Assembly (NCBI GenBank): GCA_021738065.1
Contig: JAIPCT010000003.1
Location: 474 to 64,473, forward strand
DNA from: Burkholderiaceae bacterium
GTDB lineage: Bacteria > Pseudomonadota > Gammaproteobacteria > Burkholderiales > Rhodocyclaceae
Length of the DNA: 64,000 nucleotides
Direction: 5' to 3'
The position numbers were made by a program, and so were the translations under genes. Below the pieces are notes generated by a model. That model was not told where the DNA came from. It saw only the letters and a list, made by a program, of their open reading frames with translations, and did not search any database. Positions 19,151 to 29,404 of the stretch are shown piece by piece (positions within the stretch are counted from its first letter, which is position 1; each line of letters begins with the position of its first letter).

Positions 19151-20419
19151 ATGAGTAAAGGTTTTTACATCATCATGGCGGCGCAGTTTTTTTCCGCGCT
19201 TGCCGACAACGCGCTGCTGATCGCTGCCATCGCCATCCTGCGCGACATGCAGGCGCCGGCGGAATACGAGCCCTTGCTGAAAACCTTTTTTACCGTGTCC
19301 TATGTCGCCTTGGCGGCCTTTGTCGGCGCTTTTGCCGATTCCATGCCCAAATGGCGGGTCATGTTCATCAGCAACGGCATCAAGATATTCGGCTGCAGCC
19401 TGATGTTTTTCGATGTTCATCCCTTGATGGCCTACGCCGTGGTCGGCCTCGGCGCCGCCGCCTATTCGCCGGCCAAATACGGCATCCTGACCGAGTATCT
19501 GCCGCACCGGCTGCTGGTGGTCGCCAATGGCTGGATTGAAGGCCTTACGGTGGCTGCGATCATTCTTGGCGTCGTCTTGGGCGGCGCCCTGATCCGGCCC
19601 GAAATCGCCCACGGACTGCTTTCCCTGGACCCGATTCCCATCATCGATTTCGGTGTCGACACCGTGGCCGAAATGACGCTGGTCATCGTCGGCACGATCT
19701 ACCTTGTCGCGGCACTTTTCAACCTCTACATCCCGGACACCGGCGTCGACCACAAACCGCTGAAGAAGAATCCTGTCTATCTGTTTCATGAATTCAATCA
19801 CTGCCTCAAGTTGTTGTGGCGCGACAAACTGGGTCAGATTTCACTGGCAGTAACGACACTGTTCTGGGGCGCCGGAGCGACGCTTCAGTTCATCGTGCTG
19901 GAGTGGGCCAAGGCGGCGCTCCATCTCGATCTGTCGAAAGCCAGCATGTTGCAAGGTGTGGTCGCGCTGGGCGTGGCCGTCGGTGCGGTGCTTGCCGCCA
20001 AAATGATCACCCTGAAAAAATCCGTGCGCGTGATTCCTTTGGGTATCGCCATGGGCATCGGCGTCATGGTCATGGTCGCCGTGCGTGACATGTGGCTGGC
20101 CGCGCCGCTGCTGGTCCTGATCGGCGTTTGTTCCGGCTTCTTCGTTGTCCCCATGAACGCCCTGCTGCAGCATCGCGGCCATATCCTGATGGGCGCCGGG
20201 CATTCCATCGCGGTGCAAAACTTCAACGAGAACCTGTCGATCCTGATCATGACCACCATCTACTCACTGCTGCTGGCGGCTCAACTCTCGATCTACTGGA
20301 TCATCATCCTGTTCGGCCTGTTCGTCGCCGGGACGATGTGGCTGGTCAAGCGCCAGCACGAGATAAACCAGTCGGTGCGCGACGATGTCGCCCATCTGGA
20401 TGACAATGCCCATCCCTGA
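19151..20419 (+). CDS. lplT: Lysophospholipid transporter (MFS)
   Basis: AQFFSALADNALL, YSPAKYGILTE, GHSIAVQNFNEN. Confidence 0.92.
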   Translation: MSKGFYIIMAAQFFSALADNALLIAAIAILRDMQAPAEYEPLLKTFFTVSYVALAAFVGAFADSMPKWRVMFISNGIKIFGCSLMFFDVHPLMAYAVVGLGAAAYSPAKYGILTEYLPHRLLVVANGWIEGLTVAAIILGVVLGGALIRPEIAHGLLSLDPIPIIDFGVDTVAEMTLVIVGTIYLVAALFNLYIPDTGVDHKPLKKNPVYLFHEFNHCLKLLWRDKLGQISLAVTTLFWGAGATLQFIVLEWAKAALHLDLSKASMLQGVVALGVAVGAVLAAKMITLKKSVRVIPLGIAMGIGVMVMVAVRDMWLAAPLLVLIGVCSGFFVVPMNALLQHRGHILMGAGHSIAVQNFNENLSILIMTTIYSLLLAAQLSIYWIIILFGLFVAGTMWLVKRQHEINQSVRDDVAHLDDNAHP

Positions 20420-20443
20420 ATCACTGTTTGAAAGGCATCCGGC

Positions 20444-20725
20444 ATGAAGCGCCCTGTGCGCCTTGTCCTGCTCCTGCTCGGCCTTGCCGGATTTGCCGCG
20501 ACGGCGCCTGCCGCCACGGAGGCCAATCAAGACAACTGCCGCAAGGCGGTCGAAGAGGGGCTAAACGCCCTGCGCCATCCCGCTCCAGGCAGCAGGGCAC
20601 GTGACGAAGAGCGACGCAAGGAACTTCTCGCCATGATGGAGCGTCTGGTTGAAAGCAGCCGGCAACAAGGTAAATCGGAGTGTGAAACCTGGGGACAAAT
20701 GATGCGTAAGGCGTTTACCCAATAG
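20444..20725 (+). CDS. Small secreted hypothetical protein with two Cys
   Basis: Signal peptide MKRPVRLVLLLLGLAGFAATAPA; fills the gap between lplT and the CDF gene. Confidence 0.7.
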   Translation: MKRPVRLVLLLLGLAGFAATAPAATEANQDNCRKAVEEGLNALRHPAPGSRARDEERRKELLAMMERLVESSRQQGKSECETWGQMMRKAFTQ

Positions 20726-20728
20726 CGC

Positions 20729-21643
20729 TCAGCGGACGTCCGGCTCGAAGAACACCCATTGCGCGCTGGGAAATTTCTCCTGCATGCGCGCTTCGACCGC
20801 ATTGATGGCTTCGACCATCTGCCGACCCGTTCCGCCCTGCATGCCATGCATGCGGGCCTTGACCGCGATGACGACTTTTTCACCCCAGGCCAGGGTGATG
20901 ACATTCAACACTTCTTCAACTTCCGGCTGAGCGGCGACAAAGCTCTCGATCTCGGCGCGCAACCGCGGCGCCGCGGACTCGCCGACGATCAGGCCCTTGA
21001 CTTCGATCATGATGGCGACGGCAATCACCATCAAGACGATGCCGATCGCCAGGGTACCCAGCGCATCCCACAAAGGATTGCCGGTGACGACCGTCGCCGC
21101 GACCGCGATGAAAGCCAGTGCCAGGCCAAGCAAGGCGGCAATATCCTCGCCGGCGACCACCATCAACTCGGACTGCCGTGTTTCGCGGAACCAGACCAGG
21201 AATGACTGCGCTCCGGCCACTTTGCGGATCTCGATCAGCGCCCCCCACAAGGAAAACGCCTCCAGCACAACAGCGCCGCCCAGCACCGCCATGGCGATCA
21301 GGCCGTTCTCCAGCGGATGCGGATGCAGCAGCCGCTCGATGCCCTCGTACACCGAGAACGCTCCGCCCATGAAAAACAGCAGCAGCGCCACGATCATCGA
21401 CCAGAAGTAGGTGACGCGGTGGTGGCCCAGCGGAAAGTCGGCGCTGGCGGGACGGCGTGCCTGCTTCAAACCCAGCAGAAGCAACACCTGGTTGGCGCAA
21501 TCGGCGGTGGAGTGAATCGCCTCGGCCAGCATCGACCCGGACCCGGTCCAGAACGCAGCGATGAACTTCGACACGGCAATGCCGAAATTGGCGCCCAGCG
21601 CATAGTAGATCGCCCGTACCGAGCCGTCGCTGCTGCTTGACAT
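20729..21643 (-). CDS. Cation diffusion facilitator family transporter
   Basis: GSGSMLAEAIHSTAD, EDIAAL; six TM segments; start MSSSSDG overlaps the udg stop. Confidence 0.9.
   Translation of the reverse strand: MSSSSDGSVRAIYYALGANFGIAVSKFIAAFWTGSGSMLAEAIHSTADCANQVLLLLGLKQARRPASADFPLGHHRVTYFWSMIVALLLFFMGGAFSVYEGIERLLHPHPLENGLIAMAVLGGAVVLEAFSLWGALIEIRKVAGAQSFLVWFRETRQSELMVVAGEDIAALLGLALAFIAVAATVVTGNPLWDALGTLAIGIVLMVIAVAIMIEVKGLIVGESAAPRLRAEIESFVAAQPEVEEVLNVITLAWGEKVVIAVKARMHGMQGGTGRQMVEAINAVEARMQEKFPSAQWVFFEPDVR
21433..21457 (+). repeat. Dispersed 25-bp motif, copy 7 (GAAAGTCGGCGCTGGCGGGACGGCG)
   Basis: Antisense in the CDF gene, encodes RRPASADF. Confidence 0.85.
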
Positions 21644-22407
21644 CAGTCGACCTTTCGCGTTTCCATGGTCTGTCGCATAAAGCATAGGTCTTCCCATGCT
21701 TTGGCCTTGTCCAGCAAGGTTCGCAGCAGATACGCCGGGTGGTAGCTGACGATCAACGGAATGCCCTGATAGTCGTGCAGTTTGCCGCGCGCGGCACCGA
21801 TCTTGACTTCAGTCTGCAGCAACGTCTGCGCCGCCGGACGACCCAGCGCGGCGATCAGCTTTGGTTGCAGCAATTCGATCTGCCGTTCAAGAAACGGGCG
21901 ACACGCAGCGATTTCGTCAGCCGCCGGTGTGCGATTTTCCGGCGGCCGGCATTTGACGGCATTGGCGATATAGACATCGCGACCACGCTTGAGTCCAATC
22001 GCTGCCAGCATGTTGTCGAGCAGTTTTCCCGCCTGGCCGACGAAAGGCTCGCCACACTCATCCTCTTCCGCACCCGGCCCCTCGCCGACAAACAGCCAGT
22101 CGGCGCCGGTATCGCCAACGCCCAGCACGGCTTGCTTGCGTTGCTCGCAAAGTCGGCACCGGCGACACGCCGATGCAGCGGCCGCCAGTTCATCCCAAGC
22201 CATTGCGGAAACCGGGATAGCGTCCGCGTTCGATACAAAGCTGGGTACCGGCAACTCCGCTGCCGCCGGATTGGCTTCCGGCGACTCGACTATCGCCGCA
22301 TGGGTTTCCATCGCTGCGTCAGGCATCACCTCAGTTGCGGGTGTACGCAGCTTCCAGATGGGGCCCAGCCCCATTTCATGCACGATCCGCTCACGGTCCA
22401 TCGTCAT
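21643..22407 (-). CDS. Uracil-DNA glycosylase, family 4
   Basis: CRRCRLC, VGEGPG, KCRPPENR, YHPAYLLR. Confidence 0.93.
   Translation of the reverse strand: MTMDRERIVHEMGLGPIWKLRTPATEVMPDAAMETHAAIVESPEANPAAAELPVPSFVSNADAIPVSAMAWDELAAAASACRRCRLCEQRKQAVLGVGDTGADWLFVGEGPGAEEDECGEPFVGQAGKLLDNMLAAIGLKRGRDVYIANAVKCRPPENRTPAADEIAACRPFLERQIELLQPKLIAALGRPAAQTLLQTEVKIGAARGKLHDYQGIPLIVSYHPAYLLRTLLDKAKAWEDLCFMRQTMETRKVD
22148..22172 (+). repeat. Dispersed 25-bp motif, degenerate copy (CAAAGTCGGCACCGGCGACACGCCG)
   Basis: 21/25 to consensus; antisense in udg, encodes ACRRCRLC. Confidence 0.55.
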
Positions 22408-22847
22408 AGCTCGCGCGCCATGACGATGGCGTCCTCGCGGCCCTGAGTTGCGGGATAGTAATCGCGCCGGCGGCCGATCTCGACGAAGCCGTGCCGTCGG
22501 TACAAACCCAGCGCGGACACATTCCCGGGACGAACCTCAAGCAGCATGCGGCTTGCGGCCTGTTGCCTGGCCATTTCGAAGAGTCGAAGCAACAAGCTGG
22601 AGCCCAAGCCCTTGCGTTGCAGCTCAGGCAGCACCGTGATGTTGAGCAGGTGAATTTCGTCCAGTATTTGCATCATCACGGCATAGCCTATCATCCGCCC
22701 GTCTTCCAACGCCAGCCAGGCGCCGTGACCGGCCGTCAGCGAATCCAGGAAATTGCCGCGAGTCCACGGGAACTTATGGCTGCGTGCTTCGGCATCGACC
22801 ACGGCATCGACGTCGGCTGCCGTCATGGCGACGCACTCGAGCATCAT
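22404..22847 (-). CDS. rimI: Ribosomal protein S18 alanine N-acetyltransferase
   Basis: FPWTRGNF, EIHLLNI, LLEVRPGN, RRDYY. Confidence 0.93.
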   Translation of the reverse strand: MMLECVAMTAADVDAVVDAEARSHKFPWTRGNFLDSLTAGHGAWLALEDGRMIGYAVMMQILDEIHLLNITVLPELQRKGLGSSLLLRLFEMARQQAASRMLLEVRPGNVSALGLYRRHGFVEIGRRRDYYPATQGREDAIVMAREL

Positions 22848-23533
22848 TTTGCGCCGCCGCGGGCCAGCCGTTCCGCCGTCGTCAACGCCACCTTGTCGCG
22901 CACATAAATCGGTTGCGCCAGGGCCGCGTCATGCGCGGTGCCACGATCAAACACCGGCACGGCAAGACGCAGCACCGCGGACGCCGTGGGAAATACATCG
23001 GTGCGTACGCCCAGCAGATCGGGCTTGCGGGCACGCAGCAGATCGCCATAACCGACGAAAGCATCGCCCGCGCCCCAGCCTCCCGGAAAACTCGGCGCTG
23101 GTGCTACGGCGGGCGGCAGGCAAACCGGCGCCATCAGCTGCACCACGCTGTCGCCTGTAACCCGAAAGGCAGCGCTATACACTTCGTTCATGCGCGCGTC
23201 GAGACAAGTCCAGACGTCACCATCGCCAAACGCCAACGCCAGCGCCTCCAGCGTCGATACCGGAACCACCGGACGCTCAAGACCGTAGGCCAGGCCTTGC
23301 GCCACGCCACAGGCCAGGCGCAAGCCGGTGAAGCCGCCCGGGCCCGCGCCAAAAGCCACGCCATCGATTTGCGACAAAGCGATGCCGGCTTCGGCCAGCA
23401 ATTCATGCGTCCATGGCAACAAATGTTCCGAGCCGCCGTTGACGACTTCTGCCGTGCGTTCGATGATTTCGCCGTCCTGCCACAAAGCGGCGGACAATTG
23501 GCGTGTCGCCGTCTCGAATGCCAGCAGCCGCAT
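22844..23533 (-). CDS. tsaB: tRNA t6A biosynthesis protein TsaB
   Basis: LAFETAT, GPGGFTGLR, LDARMNEVY, PIYVRDKVA. Confidence 0.95.
   Translation of the reverse strand: MRLLAFETATRQLSAALWQDGEIIERTAEVVNGGSEHLLPWTHELLAEAGIALSQIDGVAFGAGPGGFTGLRLACGVAQGLAYGLERPVVPVSTLEALALAFGDGDVWTCLDARMNEVYSAAFRVTGDSVVQLMAPVCLPPAVAPAPSFPGGWGAGDAFVGYGDLLRARKPDLLGVRTDVFPTASAVLRLAVPVFDRGTAHDAALAQPIYVRDKVALTTAERLARGGAK
23087..23111 (+). repeat. Dispersed 25-bp motif, copy 8 (AAAACTCGGCGCTGGTGCTACGGCG)
   Basis: Antisense in tsaB, encodes AVAPAPSF. Confidence 0.85.
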
Positions 23534-23559
23534 CGGGTGTTGTCCCGCCCCCGACCGTC

Positions 23560-24414
23560 TTACTTGCGGCTGCCGAGAATGCCGCGCAGCGTATCCTGGA
23601 TATCGGCCGGAATCAGCACGGTCTTGGCATTGTCGGAACTCGCCAGATTGCCGATGGCTTGAATGTACTTCTCACCCAGCATATAGCGCATCGGCGCGTC
23701 CTCGCTGCCGATCGCGGCGGCGACGCGGCGAATGGCCTCGGCCGAAGCATCGGCCAGCGTGACCTGCGCTTCGGCCTGCAATCGCGCCGCCTGCAGCAAT
23801 GCTTCCGCGTTGAGGATGGTGGATTGCTTGGTGCCTTCCGCCTTGGTCACCATCGCCTTGCGTTCGCGCTCGGCGGAGGCTTGAGCTTCCATCGCACGCT
23901 GCATCGAATCCGAGGGATTGATGTCCTGAATCTCGACCGATTTCACCGTCAGGCCCCAGTCGATGGCTTCGTCGGCAACGCCCTCACGCAGCCGTGCCTT
24001 GATTTTTTCCCGATTCGAAAGCGCCTCGTCGAGCGTCATCTCGCCGATGATCGAGCGCAAGGTGGTCATGATCATGTTGCGGATTGCCTCGGAAAAATCC
24101 GTCACACCGTACACCGCCTTGATCGGATCGGTGACCTTGATGAAGGCAATCGCATTGGTCAGGATGACGGCATTGTCCTTGGTGATGACTTCCTGCTCCT
24201 GCACATCGAGGATGATGTCCTTGGTGGTCAGTTTGTAGCGCACCTGATCCAGGTAGGGAATGATGATGTTCAGGCCGGGAAGCAGCGTGGCGTGATATTT
24301 GCCCAGCCGTTCGACAATCCATTCCTCGCCCTGCGGCACGATGCGAACACCCTTGGCGATGGTGACGGCGACAAAGACAAACAGTGCAATGACAACAACA
24401 GCGAACTCACCCAT
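23560..24414 (-). CDS. SPFH/Band 7 (QmcA/stomatin-like) protein
   Basis: VPQGEEWIVERLGKY, VITKDN, WGLTVKSVEIQDI. Confidence 0.93.
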   Translation of the reverse strand: MGEFAVVVIALFVFVAVTIAKGVRIVPQGEEWIVERLGKYHATLLPGLNIIIPYLDQVRYKLTTKDIILDVQEQEVITKDNAVILTNAIAFIKVTDPIKAVYGVTDFSEAIRNMIMTTLRSIIGEMTLDEALSNREKIKARLREGVADEAIDWGLTVKSVEIQDINPSDSMQRAMEAQASAERERKAMVTKAEGTKQSTILNAEALLQAARLQAEAQVTLADASAEAIRRVAAAIGSEDAPMRYMLGEKYIQAIGNLASSDNAKTVLIPADIQDTLRGILGSRK

Positions 24415-24425
24415 GACCGGTCCCT

Positions 24426-24884
24426 TCAGTACTTTCCAACTTTCAATATCTGACCATCCACGGCCAGCACTTTGACCCGCGCCCCTGCCGCGATAGCCTC
24501 GTCGGCGAGACAGGGCCAGGTATCGGCGCCCAGTATCGGCTTCTGAAAACGAACTTCCCCGCGTGCCGAGGCCACACCCAGCGGCTCGACCGCCCGCACC
24601 AGAATGCCGATCTCGCCCAGCACTTCATCCGCCTGACCCGAGCGGGTCTTGTCGGCATCGTTGCGCAAGACCTTGAACCAGAATACGGTCATCGCCACCG
24701 ACGCCAGCGTCCATAGCAAAACCTGGGTGCTGAATGCCAACGTCGGCTCGACCAGCATGGCCACCCCCACCAGCAGGGCGCCCAAGCCGAACCAGATGAC
24801 AAAGAAACTGGGGATGAGAAGTTCCACCAGTCCAAGCCCAAGGCCGAGAACAATCCAGTGCCACCAGACGAGTTCCATCGGCAT
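24426..24884 (-). CDS. NfeD/YbbJ-like membrane protein, partner of SPFH
   Basis: WWHWIVLG...ELLIPSFF N-terminal TMs plus OB-like C terminus; adjacent to the SPFH gene. Confidence 0.88.
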   Translation of the reverse strand: MPMELVWWHWIVLGLGLGLVELLIPSFFVIWFGLGALLVGVAMLVEPTLAFSTQVLLWTLASVAMTVFWFKVLRNDADKTRSGQADEVLGEIGILVRAVEPLGVASARGEVRFQKPILGADTWPCLADEAIAAGARVKVLAVDGQILKVGKY

Positions 24885-25220
24885 CGTGTCCTTTTCAATA
24901 GAGATTGCCAGGGCCAGCGAACCTGTCGGCTCAACAAATTTTCAACGGCAAGGTCCCGCTGGCCCGATAAAAAAGATATTTTATCGCCTTTGCCTTACGC
25001 GCCTTGCACCTTCCGGCATAATATCCAGAGATTCAGCGCCAGCCGATTGGCAGAAAGAAGAAATATTGGCAAAGGAAATACGAGTCTGTTATTGACCCGA
25101 CTGATTGATGCTATCGTTCTAGAATAATCCGCAACTCGAAAAAAATTGTTTCCCACTCCCGGTTACCATTCGCATAGAATTCAACCCGCCGCTAACTTCA
25201 CCACTTCCACGAGGTCACAC

Positions 25221-25517
25221 ATGAACAAGTCCGAACTGATTGAAATCACCGCCAAGGAAGCCGATATCAGCAAGGCTGCTGCCGAGAAGGCGCTGTCTGC
25301 TGTCATGGCCGCCATCGTCAAAGCCGTCTCCAAGGGTGACAGCGTTACCCTGGTCGGCTTCGGCAGCTTCAAGTCGTCCAAGCGCGCCGCCCGCGTCGGC
25401 CGCAACCCGCAAACGGGCAAGGAACTCAAAATCGCTGCTACCACCGTGCCGCGTTTCACTGCCGGCGCCACCTTCAAGGCTGCCGTTGCTGGCAAGAAGG
25501 CCGCCAAGAAGAAATAA
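25221..25517 (+). CDS. hup: DNA-binding protein HU with short Lys/Ala tail
   Basis: MNKSELI...VTLVGFGSF...RVGRNPQTG. Confidence 0.95.
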   Translation: MNKSELIEITAKEADISKAAAEKALSAVMAAIVKAVSKGDSVTLVGFGSFKSSKRAARVGRNPQTGKELKIAATTVPRFTAGATFKAAVAGKKAAKKK

Positions 25518-25540
25518 GCGCAAGGCTCAGGCAATCTCTC

Positions 25541-25570
25541 AGGCCCGCTTTTGCGGGCCTGTTTGTTTTT
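25541..25570 (+). terminator. Rho-independent terminator after hup
   Basis: AGGCCCGC-TTTT-GCGGGCCT hairpin followed by GTTTGTTTTT. Confidence 0.8.
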
Positions 25571-25574
25571 GGCG

Positions 25575-26390
25575 TCAGGAATTCGCGGACCGGCTTGCCG
25601 TGTTGCGCTGACGCACCACCTCGAACAAACATACGGCGGTCGCTGCCGCCACGTTCAGCGATTCGGAACTGCCAGCGAGTGGAATCGTGGCGCGCAAACC
25701 CGCCGCGTCCACAAGCTCCTGCGCCAAGCCCGCACCTTCGTTGCCGACCAGCCAAGCGATCGGACCGGCAAGATCGAGTTCATAGAGGCTGGTGCCGCCG
25801 TGCGCCACCGTGGCTACCGAAGTGGCTTGACAGGCCGCCAACGCAGCCTTCAGATCAACTCGTTCGCGGATCGCCAGGGAGAAATGCGCACCCTGCCCGG
25901 CTCGCAGCACGCGCGGTGTCCAGGCGCCTGCACAGCCCGGTCCCAGAAGCACATCGCGTACTCCGGCGGCGGCGGCGGTACGCAATATGGTGCCTACATT
26001 TCCCGCATCCTGCACCGCATCGAGCAACAGCGCATCGCCCGTAATCACACCCTCGGATGCGGCCGGTATTTCGATGATCGCGGCAATTCCGGTCGGCGTC
26101 GCGATGCCGGAAAACTCGCGAAACAAACTGTCGCGCATGAGCACGCAATCAACGCCCGCCGCGCTTTTCAGCAACGCGCCAACTTCCGGATTGTTCAGCC
26201 CGCTTTCACTGACCAGCAGTTGCTGTACCTCGATTTCACGGCGCAGGCACTCGGCAACCAGATGAATGCCATCAAGCAATGCGCGTCCGTGGTGGCGCGG
26301 GTCATCGGCCAGCGCACGCAGTTGCTTGAATATCGCATTGTCGCGCGAACTGATATGCCGGGGAGCCTTCACCGGCTGCCTCTCGCGCAT
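25575..26390 (-). CDS. TrmH/SpoU family RNA methyltransferase
   Basis: QDAGNVGTILRTA, GNEGAGL, ESLNVA; start uncertain. Confidence 0.92.
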   Translation of the reverse strand: MRERQPVKAPRHISSRDNAIFKQLRALADDPRHHGRALLDGIHLVAECLRREIEVQQLLVSESGLNNPEVGALLKSAAGVDCVLMRDSLFREFSGIATPTGIAAIIEIPAASEGVITGDALLLDAVQDAGNVGTILRTAAAAGVRDVLLGPGCAGAWTPRVLRAGQGAHFSLAIRERVDLKAALAACQATSVATVAHGGTSLYELDLAGPIAWLVGNEGAGLAQELVDAAGLRATIPLAGSSESLNVAAATAVCLFEVVRQRNTASRSANS

Positions 26391-26423
26391 ATCTGGCGGT
26401 GACGGTTCTCGGCCAGCCATCGA

Positions 26424-27014
26424 CTATCCACCGGCATGTTCTTTCCCGAGATCGAGCAAGGCCCGGATCGGTGAAAAACTTTTTCGGTGAAATTGGGCGG
26501 GACCGTGCAGTTTCAGCGCGGCGCGATGTACCGCCGTGTCATAGCCCTTGTGGCGATCCAGCGCATACTGCGGAAACGCCTCATGGATCCTGCGCATTTC
26601 GGCATCACGCGCCGTCTTGGCGAGTATCGATGCCGCGGAAATCGCCGGCTCCGTGGCATCGCCGCCAATGATCGCGCGCGCCGGCATCGCCAGAAGCGGA
26701 CAGCGGTTGCCATCGATCAAGGCTTCCTCCGGCATGACCGTAAGCGCTTCGACCGCACGGCACATCGCCAACAGGGTCGCCTGCAAAATATTGATCCGGT
26801 CGATTTCTTCGACGGATGCCGCAGCGATGCCGAACGCCAGCGCCTTCTCGCGGATTTCCAGCGCCAGACGTTCGCGCTTGCGTTCGGAGATTTTTTTCGA
26901 ATCGGCCAGGCCGTCGATGGGGCGGGCCGGGTCGAGAATCACAGCCGCGGCATACACCGGACCCGCGAGCGGCCCCCGTCCAGCCTCGTCGACGCCGCAA
27001 ATCAGACGCATCAT
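26424..27014 (-). CDS. rnhB: Ribonuclease HII
   Basis: [29 protein letters not shown]. Confidence 0.97.
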   Translation of the reverse strand: MMRLICGVDEAGRGPLAGPVYAAAVILDPARPIDGLADSKKISERKRERLALEIREKALAFGIAAASVEEIDRINILQATLLAMCRAVEALTVMPEEALIDGNRCPLLAMPARAIIGGDATEPAISAASILAKTARDAEMRRIHEAFPQYALDRHKGYDTAVHRAALKLHGPAQFHRKSFSPIRALLDLGKEHAGG

Positions 27015-28153
27015 GCCTTCTGCAAATAGGGCAGCACCGCATCGGCGGCTTTCTGCGCTGTATCTTGTCGCAGCAAGCGATGGATACTGCCGAAGACGCG
27101 GCTGATGGCGGCGCGGGCCGGACGGTCAACCAGCAGATTGCCCAAGGCTTGTGCCAGGTTTTCCGGTGTCGCCTCATCTTGCAGGAACTCAGGCACGACG
27201 TAACGTCCGGCAAGGATATTCGGCAGTCCAACCCAAGGCAGATAGCGCATCCCCCGCATCAAGCGCCAGGACCACGGCGACATTTTGTAGGCAATCACCA
27301 TTGGGCGACCGACCAGTGCGGTTTCCAAAGTGGCGGTGCCGCTGGCGACCAGCACGACGTCGCTGGCGGCGACGGCCTCGGCGGCATGACCGAACATCAG
27401 GGTAAACGGCATTTCATCCGCCTTCTGCTTCCACAAGGCCGTTTCAAACTGATTTCGCGTCTCGCGCGAGACCAACGGCACCAGAAACAGCGCGCGCGGA
27501 TAACGCAGCAGCAGCAACTTGGCGGCGCCGATAAAGGTCTCGGCCATGAATTCCAGTTCGGACTGACGGCTGCCCGGCAGCAGCGCAATAACCGGCCTGT
27601 CCTGAGCCAGGCCGAGCTGTTCGCGTACGGCGCGCTGATCGATTTCAAGCGGAATCACATCGGCGAGCGGGTGGCCGACGTAGCTGCACTTGACCGTTGT
27701 GTCGCGATACAGCTCCGGCTCGAAAGGATACAGCGCCAGAATATGACTCACCGACTGGACAATCTTGTTCATCCGGTTCTTGCGCCAGGCCCAGATCGAG
27801 GGACTGACGAAATGGATGGTCGGAATTCCCTGGCGTTTAAGCCGCTTCTCCAGCCACAAATTGAAATCGGACCCATCGACGCCGATGAAGACATCGGGCC
27901 GGTCTTCAAGCAGGCGACTGAGCAACTGACGCCGCATGCGGGTGATCGCCCGATAGTGTCGCAGCACTTCGGCATAGCCGCGGACCGCGAGCATCTCGGC
28001 AGGCCAGAGCGATTCGAAGCCTTGGCGTTGCATCTTGGGTCCGCCGATTCCATAGAACGTGGCGTTCGGCAGGTGCTTTTTGAGCGCCGTGACCAAATGC
28101 GCCGCAAGCTGATCACTGGACGCCTCTCCCGCCACCATGGCAATGCGTACCAT
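27011..28153 (-). CDS. lpxB: Lipid-A-disaccharide synthase
   Basis: [29 protein letters not shown]; start MVRIAM. Confidence 0.96.
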   Translation of the reverse strand: MVRIAMVAGEASSDQLAAHLVTALKKHLPNATFYGIGGPKMQRQGFESLWPAEMLAVRGYAEVLRHYRAITRMRRQLLSRLLEDRPDVFIGVDGSDFNLWLEKRLKRQGIPTIHFVSPSIWAWRKNRMNKIVQSVSHILALYPFEPELYRDTTVKCSYVGHPLADVIPLEIDQRAVREQLGLAQDRPVIALLPGSRQSELEFMAETFIGAAKLLLLRYPRALFLVPLVSRETRNQFETALWKQKADEMPFTLMFGHAAEAVAASDVVLVASGTATLETALVGRPMVIAYKMSPWSWRLMRGMRYLPWVGLPNILAGRYVVPEFLQDEATPENLAQALGNLLVDRPARAAISRVFGSIHRLLRQDTAQKAADAVLPYLQKA

Positions 28154-28154
28154 G

Positions 28155-28928
28155 TCAGCGAATAATGCCTCGTCCGGGAGCGGCGAGAAAACCCGAAAGC
28201 ATCGCCAGTTCAGGAACTGTCGCGGACTCAGCCTCAATGTCGGCGCGCGCCTCCTCCAGCTTCAGGCCGCTCTTGTACAGCGTCTTGAAAGCGCGCTTCA
28301 CCGCAGTCACGGCTGCAGCCGAGAACCCTCGCCGCTTCAGGCCTTCCGCATTTATGGCGCGCGGCTCGCCAGGATTGCCGGCGGCCATGACATAGGGCGG
28401 CAAATCCTGCAGCAGAATGGTGCCCATTGCGGTAATGCTGTGGGCGCCTATCCGGACAAACTGATGGACAACCGTGAATCCTCCAAGAATGGCCCAGTCA
28501 CCAACATGCACGTGACCTGCCAGTTGCGCGTTGTTGGCAAAAATCGTCTGGTTGCCTACCTGGCAATCATGGGCCAGATGGACATAAGCCATGATCCAGT
28601 TGTCGTCACCCAGTCGCGTCACGCCGACATCTTGTGCCGTTCCGCAGTTAAGCGTGCAGAACTCGCGAATCGTGTTGCGGTCGCCGATTTCCAGGCGGGT
28701 TGGCTCGCCCGCATATTTCTTGTCCTGCGGCGCTTCGCCAATCGAGCAGAACTGAAAGATACGGTTGCTTTGGCCGATCCGGGTATGGCCGGAAACCACC
28801 ACGTGCGGACCGATAACGGTATCGTCGCCTACTTCGACATGTTCGCCGATGATCGAATAAGCGCCGACAGAGACTCCCCGGCCGAGTCTCGCCGCGGGAT
28901 GAACAACGGCGCTGGGATGAACACTCAT
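28155..28928 (-). CDS. lpxA: UDP-N-acetylglucosamine acyltransferase
   Basis: Hexapeptide repeats, PQDKKY, HLAHDC. Confidence 0.97.
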   Translation of the reverse strand: MSVHPSAVVHPAARLGRGVSVGAYSIIGEHVEVGDDTVIGPHVVVSGHTRIGQSNRIFQFCSIGEAPQDKKYAGEPTRLEIGDRNTIREFCTLNCGTAQDVGVTRLGDDNWIMAYVHLAHDCQVGNQTIFANNAQLAGHVHVGDWAILGGFTVVHQFVRIGAHSITAMGTILLQDLPPYVMAAGNPGEPRAINAEGLKRRGFSAAAVTAVKRAFKTLYKSGLKLEEARADIEAESATVPELAMLSGFLAAPGRGIIR

Positions 28929-29404
28929 CAGGGAGTCGGACGAACCGCGCAGATCAAATCGCCTTCGGCCACGATCTGATCATCGACTTTGGCGACCGCC
29001 GAAAATTTCCAGATACCGCGCTTGTTGGCTTTCAGCACGACCTCGATCACCAGTTGATCGCCGGGGCCGACAGGCTTCTTGAAACGCGCATTGTCGATGC
29101 CGACAAAGTAGTACACCGACTTGTCATCCGGTTTGCTGTCCATCGTCTTGAAAGACAGTATGGCCGCGGTCTGCGCCATTGCTTCAACAATCAATACGCC
29201 CGGCATCACCGGGTGATGGGGATAGTGGCCGGGAAAAAACGGCTCGTTCACACTGACGTTCTTGAGTGCGATGATGCGCTCGCCGGGAACCACTTCAAGT
29301 ACCCGATCGACCAGCAGGATAGGGAAGCGATGCGGCAGATAGTCAAGTATCTGGTGGATATCCATACGCGTATCCGTTGCCCCGCCGGTGCGTGATTCGC
29401 TCAT
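28928..29404 (-). CDS. fabZ: 3-hydroxyacyl-ACP dehydratase
   Basis: [31 protein letters not shown]. Confidence 0.97.
   Translation of the reverse strand: MSESRTGGATDTRMDIHQILDYLPHRFPILLVDRVLEVVPGERIIALKNVSVNEPFFPGHYPHHPVMPGVLIVEAMAQTAAILSFKTMDSKPDDKSVYYFVGIDNARFKKPVGPGDQLVIEVVLKANKRGIWKFSAVAKVDDQIVAEGDLICAVRPTP

Noticed and set aside
22103-22128. Partial motif-like matches (also near 6861, 33583 and 62578)
   Set aside because: They lack the A-tract and/or the ACG element and are compatible with chance at this GC content; not counted.
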